From assembly GCA_035247945.1 (NCBI GenBank), contig DATFHX010000019.1, positions 3,808 to 67,807 of the forward strand: a DNA stretch of 64,000 nucleotides, written 5' to 3'. Under the pieces are notes generated by a model. That model searched no databases. It had not been told where the DNA came from and worked only from the letters and a program-made list of their open reading frames with translations. This document shows positions 8,662 to 17,182 of this stretch, piece after piece (positions within the stretch are counted from its first letter, which is position 1; each line of letters begins with the position of its first letter). The position numbers and the translations under genes were made by a program. The DNA is from Candidatus Saccharimonadales bacterium (GTDB taxonomy: Bacteria; Patescibacteriota; Saccharimonadia; Saccharimonadales; Saccharimonadaceae).

Positions 8662-11181
8662 TTATTCGATGCTTCTTTTCCTTACTGCAAGAACAGTTGC
8701 TGCACCAAACATACTAAGTGCGGCTATTAAGAATGCGCCCGTGCTTTGGCCAGTATCAGCAAGCGTTCCGCCAGTCGATCGAGCAGCTGGAACCGCTAGA
8801 CCTGCAGGGTCAGAAATTGTACCGTTTACAATGCCATCAGCATCCAGGTTGCCGCCATCTGTAATATCAAAACTTGTTTTTGTTAATGATTGGCCGCCCA
8901 TAGATAAGCTCTCGACGGCTGCCCCATCTATATTAAAGTACGTCTGATTACTAGGGTTGTATTTACGGAGCATAAAGTTAGCCTGAACTCCGTAGTAGTA
9001 CTGTCTTACAGGTGATGTAAACCCTATAGACCCGCCACACGTTGTTTTAAAGTTCATAAGGCCCACAGGATAGTCATAACTCACATCGCTTACCGCATCG
9101 CTCGATTCTGCCTGCATGCTTGCTGTGTTAATTTGGCAGGAAGGGTCTAGTTCTAGCACCGCATACTTGCCCGTAATACTATTAACAAAACTTGCAACGT
9201 TCATCTGAACACTATCCTGAATGCCGTCGCCGTTTGCATCACCTCCGTTCGGCGCAGCGTCTTCGATGGTATTACTAACACCATCATTATCAGAATCGGC
9301 GATGGTTGCAAACGTACCTATCGAACCGGCCGACTCACCGGCAGGGCCGTTTACCACAAGTTGGTATTCATACGTCGTATCCTGAGTAAGACCAGTAAGG
9401 TTTTGATCGTAAGAACTTGGGAAATTAAGTGGTTGAGTTGGTGTGGTTTGCCACGTCGTAGTTCCCTGTTTACGGTACCTAAAGAAAGCTGTTCGACCCG
9501 TAGAATCGGCGGCGTTGCCCGACGATGCTATGGCATTACTAAATTCAGAAGTATTACCCGCAACATCTGTTGCCGTAGCAGCAAGCGACCAACCTGTCGG
9601 CAATGCACCCCCGCTAATCTTTAACCAATCCAGGGCGCTTCCATGCAACGAAGCAGTCGTGAAGGTAACATTATCTGCAGAACCCGTAGTAGGGGTTGGG
9701 CCGAATGTCACATTCCCGTCGCCGTCGGTTGTAAAGCTGGTGCTGCCTATCCATATCTGCCCTTCGCCGTATCCAGAAGGATCCGCTGTTTGGCTAGCAT
9801 AATAATCCATAGTGAATGCCTGGTTAGGTAGTCCATTGTATGACCCCTCAACCAAAGTCCCAGCTGCAGTTTGAGTAAGAACAGGGAAATTAATAATCGT
9901 ATTTGGACCTGCATCAGGATCTTTGGTGTCATTAGCCGTTACGCCGTTATTACCGAGGTCAATCCCCAAACTGTTATTGTTATAGATGCTATTCTGACGT
10001 ATTGTAATGCGACTTGGAACGGTAGGGTCTGTAGCCGCGACAACACCCTTGCTCCCGGCTGAGCCACTTGTGATTGTATTAGCTTGAATAATAAACGGCG
10101 TCTGAACAACGGCCGAAAGTGCCGGCGGCCCTGCAGTAGCCGCCCTGGTTGCAGCAGCACCAGCGGCAAAAATCCCGGCAGTGCTACTATCTTTGATCTC
10201 GTTGCCCTGAATAGTTACTCCGCTAGACCTACTGGCATAAATCCCGTAGGCGCCATTAGCTATTTTATTATTACGAATAATTGCGCCCGGCATACCAGTG
10301 TCGGCATTAGTATAGGCACAAGAAATCTGAATGTTTGCCCCCGCTCCAGTTCCAGTTCCACCATTCAAATTAGGTCGCGGCAGAGTACCCGTGGGGTCAA
10401 GACCAAAATAATTACCCTCTATTATCCAGTTGTTGGTGGTGGGTGCAGTGGTAATGAAAATGTTATTACTTGCTATACCATAGCTTTTATTGCTCCCAAT
10501 AACATTACCCTGGCCAGGGTTAGGGCCACCAATACGAACATTTTGCGAAAACGCGCTATTGGTACACCCACCAACACCAGCATTGTTTCCATTTGCAGTG
10601 CCGTCCAGATTAATGCCTATAAAGTTGGATTGCAGTGTAAATCCACCCGTACATACAAACTGGCCATTATACGCAACTCGCACCTGGCTAAACGCCGAAT
10701 AGTTTTTAGTGATACCACCGGTTATAGACAGCCCTTTTACGGTCGATCCAACACCCGACGGATTAAAGATAGCCGTAGCCGTCCCCGATTGAGTCGGAAG
10801 ACTTGCCCCGTCCACCTGAACAGTCAAGGTTAACGGAAACTGGCTACAGTCGCTACCTGGCTGGCTACAACCATCAATAATGACTGCATTCGACCCATCC
10901 ATTCCAGTGCCAAGTGAAGAACCATCAGTACTAGAATATGGCGCTAGCGGCGAGATAAGATGTGTGCCACCGCCAGGAATGTTGAAGGTGACCGTGTCAA
11001 TGCCTGCATTATTATTAGAATCAATTAAAGCTTGACGTAAAGATCCAGCACCACTGTTATTTGTATTTATTACGGTAAACGTGGCGGCACTTGCCGTCTG
11101 GGGTACCGCAAAAGTTACGACGCACGCAGCAAACACGACACATAGGCTTAGCCCTTTAAGAATTGTCTTAGCCCTTATCAT
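8662..11181 (-). CDS. Large wall-anchored surface protein: parallel beta-helix region, FN3-like segment, Asp-rich Ca-binding-like segment, LPXTG-type anchor
   Basis: 839 aa. Signal peptide ...PQTASA|ATF. Starts FTVINTNNSGAGSLRQALIDSN (CSLREA-like beta-helix lead-in). G/N-rich repeats. DSDNDGVSNTIEDAAPNGGDANGDGIQD. C-terminus LADTG + hydrophobic helix + RKRSIE. Confidence 0.85.
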   Translation of the reverse strand: MIRAKTILKGLSLCVVFAACVVTFAVPQTASAATFTVINTNNSGAGSLRQALIDSNNNAGIDTVTFNIPGGGTHLISPLAPYSSTDGSSLGTGMDGSNAVIIDGCSQPGSDCSQFPLTLTVQVDGASLPTQSGTATAIFNPSGVGSTVKGLSITGGITKNYSAFSQVRVAYNGQFVCTGGFTLQSNFIGINLDGTANGNNAGVGGCTNSAFSQNVRIGGPNPGQGNVIGSNKSYGIASNNIFITTAPTTNNWIIEGNYFGLDPTGTLPRPNLNGGTGTGAGANIQISCAYTNADTGMPGAIIRNNKIANGAYGIYASRSSGVTIQGNEIKDSSTAGIFAAGAAATRAATAGPPALSAVVQTPFIIQANTITSGSAGSKGVVAATDPTVPSRITIRQNSIYNNNSLGIDLGNNGVTANDTKDPDAGPNTIINFPVLTQTAAGTLVEGSYNGLPNQAFTMDYYASQTADPSGYGEGQIWIGSTSFTTDGDGNVTFGPTPTTGSADNVTFTTASLHGSALDWLKISGGALPTGWSLAATATDVAGNTSEFSNAIASSGNAADSTGRTAFFRYRKQGTTTWQTTPTQPLNFPSSYDQNLTGLTQDTTYEYQLVVNGPAGESAGSIGTFATIADSDNDGVSNTIEDAAPNGGDANGDGIQDSVQMNVASFVNSITGKYAVLELDPSCQINTASMQAESSDAVSDVSYDYPVGLMNFKTTCGGSIGFTSPVRQYYYGVQANFMLRKYNPSNQTYFNIDGAAVESLSMGGQSLTKTSFDITDGGNLDADGIVNGTISDPAGLAVPAARSTGGTLADTGQSTGAFLIAALSMFGAATVLAVRKRSIE

Positions 11182-11418
11182 CTTACCCCCACACTGCTTT
11201 CTAGAAGCGTTAATGGTTTTATTGTAGATTATTTTTTACGGCTTCACAATGTTGACATTGTTATGATTTTGAATGGAAAAGTATGATCACAAGGCTCGTT
11301 TTCGACGAACCATGAATCCGCCAATCCCTACGGCCGCACGTAGAACAGTGACCAGTCTACCAAGATTTAACAGATCATCTTCTGGGCGATCTTTTACTTA
11401 ACAGATATAATAAAGTCT

Positions 11419-11958
11419 ATGAACACCTGGAAACGTATCGAGCCTACAGTCGTCAATAAAGTCGGATGGCGCACAGTCGTCACGAAAACATTTATAATGC
11501 CTAACGGCCAAGAAGCAAGCTTCGATACATTTGGACCTGAGAAGCAACAGTTTGCCGCTATTATCGGCTTAACACCTGAAAACAAAGTTATTATCGCTCG
11601 ACAGTTCCGCGTAGGCCCAGAGGCTATCATGGAAGAACTACCTGGTGGATTTGTCGACGAAGGCGAAGATCATGAAGCAGCGGCACTTCGAGAGTTCCAG
11701 GAAGAAACTGGGTATACTGCCGGAGATGTTACGTATCTTGGGAGCTATAGCAAAGACACCTATATGAATGCTCTGTGGCATGTCTATTTCGCTACAGGAT
11801 GCGTACCTTCCGGCACGCAAACATTAGAGGATGAAGAGCATATTGAAATTGATCTCATTTCAATCGACCAGCTTATCCACAACGCGAAGACGAATAAGAT
11901 GACCGATGCTGTAGCGGTATTAATGGCCTACGATACGTTATTGAGTCTTAGTAAGTAA
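11419..11958 (+). CDS. NUDIX hydrolase (ADP-ribose pyrophosphatase-like)
   Basis: 179 aa. Nudix box GGFVDEGEDHEAAALREFQEETGY. Confidence 0.9.
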   Translation: MNTWKRIEPTVVNKVGWRTVVTKTFIMPNGQEASFDTFGPEKQQFAAIIGLTPENKVIIARQFRVGPEAIMEELPGGFVDEGEDHEAAALREFQEETGYTAGDVTYLGSYSKDTYMNALWHVYFATGCVPSGTQTLEDEEHIEIDLISIDQLIHNAKTNKMTDAVAVLMAYDTLLSLSK

Positions 11959-12023
11959 CTGCATCTGGAATCGAAACGAATATCCCCCATCTATCGATGA
12001 GAGGTATTTCAAAGACTGCTTTT

Positions 12024-14534
12024 CTACACTATTCGTTTTCGACGAAGGACAAGGCCACCAATGCCCATGGCAGCAAACAGCGTGACAGGTAAGACGTAAT
12101 TCATAAGATTCTGACCGGTAGAAGCAAGCGTATCTGGGTCCGAGGATGCCGGCGATTGAGGCGTAGAGGTAATCTGAGTTATTACGGCACAGTCAGTATT
12201 AAAGTTAGAATCTGCCGGATTCGTTATCGCAGGGTTAGGACAATTCATAGACCCTGTAATGGTGTTAACGAGCGCCTTATTAGCAAGGTGGTCACTTTGG
12301 TTTACAGTAGCACCATACGTTAGCGTAGCGGTTTTACCTGCAGCAAGATCGCCCGTCCAGATGAGTGATGGAGCGTTATATGTGAATGCACCACTTGTCG
12401 CATTTGCATCGTCGTTATAGCTAGCATCGTCAATAACATCGGAAAGGGTATCATCAACCGTAAGGTTTGTGAGGTCTACGGCACCCGTGTTCGTTATTGT
12501 GACGACATAATTGACCGCATCACCAGGCAGTACCGAGCTAGGCGATAGTGTTGTCTTCTGCGCCGTCCAAGCCGATACCGCTGTGCTCGTTACACAGTTT
12601 GCCTTATATCCAGGCGCACTCGAGTCAAAGATTGGCGTCAATGGACAATCGGCTGAGACAAGCGCATTATTAAGAACTGCATCATTAAGGTTGCTTGCCC
12701 CGTTCACCTTAACTGAGTACGTCACTGTCACGCTGTCCCCTGCGCCACCACTTGCAGCTAGATTTCCATTCCATATGATACGCTTACTTACCGGGTTATA
12801 GGTAAGTACACCCGTGGAAGCGGAGGCATTATTACCATACACCGCATCGTCGAGCACTTCGCTGAGATCGTCAGCGACCGCAACGTTAGAAGCTCCCGTG
12901 CCCCCAATATTAGTAATGACAAACTGGTAGTTTACCGTATCACCAGCTTTAGGATTAGTTGGACTTACTAATGTTTTTTGACTCGTCAGTACTGGTAGTG
13001 GAGTTGTAGTTCGGCATTCTGGATCAATCGCCGGAGAAGCGGTACAGTTCGACTGCGGTCCGGTTCCAACAATCCCATTGTTCAGTTTACCGTCGCCAGT
13101 AACTGGAGAATTCATTGTAAACGAATAGGTAATGGTTGCCGTCTGGCCAACATTTAGATTTCCACCCCACGATATCTGGTTACTTCCGTTCCAAGCGGGC
13201 GTTCCGATCGTTGCACTCACATCATTATTGTACGTGGCATCATCAATGACATTACTCAGGTCATCGGTAAAAGTTAACCCTGTTAAGTTAGTCGTTCCCT
13301 GATTTTCAACGGTTACTGTGTAGGTGAATGTCTGACCCGGAGTAACAGCTGTCACGACGGGATTAACAGTCTTACGGTAGTGTACTTTTGTGAGCGTAGT
13401 TGTAAACGTATTCGTGGATCCAGTTGTCTCCTGAAGCCCATCTCTTCCCTGCCAGCGTACAACTGCCAGGAACTCATACTGGGTGCCCGGAGCGAGACCA
13501 TTGACATTCGCGCTAAATGATCCCGCTGCCGTAACAGGCTGCGGTGAGGTTTGGGAGTAAGGGCCAGTTGATCCCGCCACCCTATACCGGTAAAAGACAT
13601 TCGCGTCTGTAAAATCTCCGAGTGTGCCCAGCGTGCCATTTAGTGTTGCAGAGTTGTCTGCGATGTTAGTGGCCGTGTTCGTTGTTACTTGCGGTGCCAT
13701 AGGGGCATCGTTGTAGATCTTCACGTCACTAATAGTTGCCAGCGGCGCATGTTCCCTCGTATCCTGGCCGATGTAGGTATTGGCTGTCGGCAGACTCATC
13801 GTTGTACCACTGTAATTAATCGGGAAATTCGGATCTTCAACACCATTTATATAGAGGTGAAGCTTCCCTCCGTCGGCGACTTGTTCAATGTGTGTCCATT
13901 GACCAACCGGTATTACTGCCGCAGAGTCGGTTAATGGAGCAAAGCTACCATTAGAGTTCCGGTGGTGTGGACGGATATGTCCCGTGTTATTTACATAGAT
14001 CATCCATGCCCAGTTCGCTGCAGACGAATTACGCCCTACCAGGTTTGCCCATGTTCCACTGGTCCCGACATATCCAGGTTTAAACTTAACCCACAGTGAC
14101 ACAGTGTAATTGTCCATCTGATCCAGAGCTGGACTGTTTCCTAGATTAACAGTATTCGCTGCCGTGGCTGTTGTACCGCTCCCGTCGAAATCGAGCGCAA
14201 AAGGTGTCGTCCCATCGTGACCAGGTGATACCCAAGAGGGACTACCCGTACCCGTGCCTCGAATAATCGTGCCGTTATTGCCGTTACCAGAGGAGTCGGC
14301 TGCCGTCGTGCCCGTACCTTCATCAAGTTTCCACTGACCGATAAGTCCGGATGCTGCGTATGCGAATGATTTAGTTGTAAGAATTGCAAGTATCGGTACG
14401 GCTAGGACAAGCAGCGCAAGGTAAAGCAGATGCTTTTTAGCAGATACTCCAGTACGATATAGCCGATACGGTTTTCTTTTTATTTGCATAGTTACTAAAT
14501 TAATCATACCATAAGCATTTCTTTTGCGACTCAT
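12024..14534 (-). CDS. Large wall-anchored surface protein: LamG/concanavalin-like domain, FN3-like segment, three DUF11-type repeats, LPXTG-type anchor
   Basis: 836 aa. LDEGTGTTAADSSGNGNNGT is typical of Laminin_G_3. Three repeats of the form G.T..Y...(V/I)TN.G...(L/V)T..(D/V)DLS.V(I/L)DDA.Y. C-terminus LASTG + TM + RRKRIV. Confidence 0.85.
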   Translation of the reverse strand: MSRKRNAYGMINLVTMQIKRKPYRLYRTGVSAKKHLLYLALLVLAVPILAILTTKSFAYAASGLIGQWKLDEGTGTTAADSSGNGNNGTIIRGTGTGSPSWVSPGHDGTTPFALDFDGSGTTATAANTVNLGNSPALDQMDNYTVSLWVKFKPGYVGTSGTWANLVGRNSSAANWAWMIYVNNTGHIRPHHRNSNGSFAPLTDSAAVIPVGQWTHIEQVADGGKLHLYINGVEDPNFPINYSGTTMSLPTANTYIGQDTREHAPLATISDVKIYNDAPMAPQVTTNTATNIADNSATLNGTLGTLGDFTDANVFYRYRVAGSTGPYSQTSPQPVTAAGSFSANVNGLAPGTQYEFLAVVRWQGRDGLQETTGSTNTFTTTLTKVHYRKTVNPVVTAVTPGQTFTYTVTVENQGTTNLTGLTFTDDLSNVIDDATYNNDVSATIGTPAWNGSNQISWGGNLNVGQTATITYSFTMNSPVTGDGKLNNGIVGTGPQSNCTASPAIDPECRTTTPLPVLTSQKTLVSPTNPKAGDTVNYQFVITNIGGTGASNVAVADDLSEVLDDAVYGNNASASTGVLTYNPVSKRIIWNGNLAASGGAGDSVTVTYSVKVNGASNLNDAVLNNALVSADCPLTPIFDSSAPGYKANCVTSTAVSAWTAQKTTLSPSSVLPGDAVNYVVTITNTGAVDLTNLTVDDTLSDVIDDASYNDDANATSGAFTYNAPSLIWTGDLAAGKTATLTYGATVNQSDHLANKALVNTITGSMNCPNPAITNPADSNFNTDCAVITQITSTPQSPASSDPDTLASTGQNLMNYVLPVTLFAAMGIGGLVLRRKRIV

Positions 14535-14651
14535 TTAGCTCTAGATGGAGGATCCTGTCTTGATAGAGCCGATTTTCTGTCAGTAACAACCTTGGAGGAT
14601 TATTATCCACTTTTTAATCAAAAGTAGTTTTGTGGATATGACGATATCTTT

Positions 14652-15806
14652 TTACTGAGCGCGTCCCACTCTCTTAACTATAACTAATGCTACTCCCTCG
14701 ACACCGAGAGCTACTGCTAAGCCAGTATATATCCCCTGATTCACACCTGTTGCTGGGAGTGTCGGTACATCCGAGGCTGGCGACGGAGTGTTATCACTTG
14801 GCGTAGGATCTATGGATGGAATAATATCTGAGATAACACCAAGCTTATTTGCATTACTTTCCGTAAACCAGATTGTATTATTTGGTCCGGCAGCAATTAG
14901 AAAGGGTGCGCTGCCTGCCGTTGGAATATCATATTCCGTAAAGACGCCCGCAGGCGTGATCATGCCAATTTTATTGGTCCCACGTTCTGTGAACCAGACG
15001 TTCCCATCCGCACCAAGTGCAGTACCATGGGGATCACTTGTGCTCCCAGATGGAACAGTATACTCGGTAATTACACCCGCAGTCGTAATTTTGCTGACAC
15101 GGCCGCCCTCACCGGCGTACCAAAGATTCCCGTCCGATCCAGTGGTAATATCGTAGGGTCGACGAGTTGGCGTACCGAGGATTGGATATTCCGTGACTAC
15201 TCCGCTTGTAGTAATCATTCCTATATTTGCGCCGGTATATTCCGTAAACCATATATTACTATCTGGTCCTACAGTAATTCCATAGGGAGAGCTCGCTGCT
15301 GTCGTAACAGGGAAAAGTGTGATCACGCCAGTAGGTGTAATACGTCCGATCTGGTCACCTCCGATATGCGTAAACCAGATATTTCCATCGGGGCCTGTGA
15401 TAAGTTCGTGTGGATTTGATCCTCCAGTGATACTGTATTCAGTTATTACACCCGTTGGTGTTATAACACCGATCTTATTTGCACCGTATTCGGTAAACCA
15501 AAGATTTCCATCTGGTCCGACAGCTATATCGTTTGGTTGACTATTCGGTGTCGGAACCGTGTATTCATTAAGTACCGCGCCAGAAGGAGACATGACACCA
15601 ATTTTATTTGCGGAAAATTCCGTAAACCACATGTTACCATCCGGGCCAAGCACTACTTCGTGCGGAACGCTCGCTGCGGTCGTAATGTCATATTCTGCTA
15701 TTGAAACAGCGGCGAATGTTGGCTGAGCCGCTACGAGTGCTACAAGAAAGGTTGCAGTAGCTCCCATACTAGTGCGTTTTAGTTTTAGCAGAGTATTCTT
15801 AATCAT
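14652..15806 (-). CDS. Wall-anchored beta-propeller protein with Vgb/streptogramin-lyase-like repeats
   Basis: 384 aa. Signal peptide. About seven repeats of about 42 aa (GPDGN.WFTE...NKIG.I(T/S)P.G...EY..P). C-terminus LPATG + TM + KRVGRAQ. Confidence 0.8.
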   Translation of the reverse strand: MIKNTLLKLKRTSMGATATFLVALVAAQPTFAAVSIAEYDITTAASVPHEVVLGPDGNMWFTEFSANKIGVMSPSGAVLNEYTVPTPNSQPNDIAVGPDGNLWFTEYGANKIGVITPTGVITEYSITGGSNPHELITGPDGNIWFTHIGGDQIGRITPTGVITLFPVTTAASSPYGITVGPDSNIWFTEYTGANIGMITTSGVVTEYPILGTPTRRPYDITTGSDGNLWYAGEGGRVSKITTAGVITEYTVPSGSTSDPHGTALGADGNVWFTERGTNKIGMITPAGVFTEYDIPTAGSAPFLIAAGPNNTIWFTESNANKLGVISDIIPSIDPTPSDNTPSPASDVPTLPATGVNQGIYTGLAVALGVEGVALVIVKRVGRAQ

Positions 15807-15935
15807 GGCAATCCTTAGGATGATACTTACGCTTTTGCCTTATTCTATCACATACGCGCTTCGATAGAGATTCTCTTTTTACAACAAAAGCGATCAGGTG
15901 GTACCATAGTCATAGATAGCAGAAAGGATATATAA

Positions 15936-16142
15936 ATGCCATCAAACGAAAATAGAAAAACGATTAAGATAGTCGAACAGGGTCCGTGGGGATTCTTTCA
16001 TTTCCTCGCCTACGTAGGTGCAGCGATTTACTTCATTTCACATACCAATGGCGGATTCTGGGAAGTTGTTCTCGCACTTCTAAAAGCAGTCGTCTGGCCT
16101 GTGTACGTCATCTTCCACGTACTTCGTCTAATTGGAGCCTAG
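15936..16142 (+). CDS. Small membrane protein, unknown function
   Basis: 68 aa with two hydrophobic helices, followed by a strong terminator. Confidence 0.55.
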   Translation: MPSNENRKTIKIVEQGPWGFFHFLAYVGAAIYFISHTNGGFWEVVLALLKAVVWPVYVIFHVLRLIGA

Positions 16143-16159
16143 AAGAATAAACGAACTAA

Positions 16160-16195
16160 GCCCCGCTCACGCGAAACGCGTGAGCGGGGCTTTTT
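16160..16195. terminator. Strong rho-independent terminator between convergent genes
   Basis: gccccgctcacgcg-aaa-cgcgtgagcggggc, followed by ttttt. Confidence 0.85.
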
Positions 16196-16196
16196 G

Positions 16197-16580
16197 TCAG
16201 CGGTTGTCGGGGCGACGGCGCCTTGTATCCAGTGTGAATCCAAAACTTCGTTCGTCTTCCGGAATGATCTCGCTTATAGGCAGGCCCGGCTCCATATAGA
16301 TATCCGCGCCCAACTCCGTTGCGATCTCCTTCAGGCTTGCGTCGAGCTTATCTTCCGGCCAGGCACCGGAGAACTCGACGAACCAGTCGTTACGGCCCTC
16401 GATGTGGTGAATCGTGAAGCGGCCGTGCTTCTGCACACCCTTGGCAAGAATCGCACGAAGACGATCCCTGAAGGAGATGACATGCGCTGGATTGACGAAC
16501 ACGAGGCTCACGAACTGCACACGCCCCGTTCGCCGCGTTGTCTTCATGACATGGATCGGGGGTGCCCCTTGCGGTGACAT
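16197..16580 (-). CDS. Hypothetical protein (GC-rich islet, orphan)
   Basis: High GC3 in this frame only. GGAG lies 8 nt upstream of ATG at 16580 (ORF open to 16586). The opposite-strand ORF 16194..16577 is a high-GC shadow. Confidence 0.55.
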   Translation of the reverse strand: MSPQGAPPIHVMKTTRRTGRVQFVSLVFVNPAHVISFRDRLRAILAKGVQKHGRFTIHHIEGRNDWFVEFSGAWPEDKLDASLKEIATELGADIYMEPGLPISEIIPEDERSFGFTLDTRRRRPDNR

Positions 16581-16636
16581 ACTCACGCTCCGTTTTGACG
16601 AGTACTGACTAATATATTATAACATTTATTCCGTCT

Positions 16637-17017
16637 TTATCGAATAATAAGCTCAACAATATAGAGTGCAGCCGCAATACGAACACCGTCTATGAGCGTT
16701 AACAGAAAGACTGGTCCACCAGATACCTGGTAGTCTGCATAGGTAGAAAGATACGAAGCGCAGAGGAGTAGGAGTGGTACGGCTACAAGTGGAAGAAATG
16801 GTACGCTCGCCCAGTGTGCAAGCAGCATCAACGCCACTCCCTGAAAGAGCTTCTCGCCTATCGCTGCCCAGAAAGGAAACGCTTTTGACGGACGTGATAT
16901 TTGACTAAAATGCTTGTCATTCCACCGCTTAAGAACGACAACGTACATAAGCACCCCACTTAGGAACAACCATGCCGCTGATGCAAGTACCGCAAGCGTA
17001 TCATAATAGATGAACAT
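16637..17017 (-). CDS. Membrane protein, unknown function
   Basis: ATG at 17017 is preceded by AAGGAGG (ORF open to 17080). Four hydrophobic helices. Native GC. Confidence 0.65.
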   Translation of the reverse strand: MFIYYDTLAVLASAAWLFLSGVLMYVVVLKRWNDKHFSQISRPSKAFPFWAAIGEKLFQGVALMLLAHWASVPFLPLVAVPLLLLCASYLSTYADYQVSGGPVFLLTLIDGVRIAAALYIVELIIR

Positions 17018-17137
17018 ATCCCTCCTTATATACAAAAAAGATCCGGAACTTCTTCCGGGTCTTTTTACCTCTTTAGGCATATTCTATCACATCTAATACG
17101 CTAGGGTCTTAGAAGAAAATTATCTCAAAGTACGTCT

Positions 17138-17171
17138 GGCGAACCTCTGCGAGTAACCGCAGAGGTTCGCC
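17138..17171 (-). terminator. GC-rich hairpin after the methyltransferase gene (no U-tract)
   Basis: Perfect 14-bp stem ggcgaacctctgcg/cgcagaggttcgcc with a 6-nt loop. Confidence 0.5.
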
Positions 17172-17182
17172 GTCCGTATGGA

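Noticed and set aside
10084-10833. 249-aa plus-strand ORF. Similar cases: 41954..42700 (+), 20278..20934 (+), 30944..31594 (+), 1402..1932 (+), 28523..28987 (-), 22039..22482 (-)
   Set aside because: Each is antisense to, or out of frame within, a confidently assigned gene (adhesin, MFS, hypothetical, mscS, ftsH, murC, flavoprotein). The sequences are low-complexity and Ser/Arg/Cys-rich with no motifs.
8596-12010. Two similar about 30-nt hairpins (8601-8630, gaaaatcccctcatcgaaagatgggggtatttt; 11978-12010, gaatatcccccatctatcgatgagaggtatttc), each just 3' of a large adhesin gene. Considered as a possible MITE/REP-like repeat.
   Set aside because: There are only two copies, they are short, and the second stem is imperfect. 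Both are adequately explained as bidirectional terminators. Similarity may reflect duplication of the adhesin 3' flanks. A genome-wide count is needed before calling a repeat family.
16194-16577. 127-aa plus-strand ORF
   Set aside because: It mirrors 16197..16580. It would begin inside the terminator stem, and it lacks an SD and GC3 bias.
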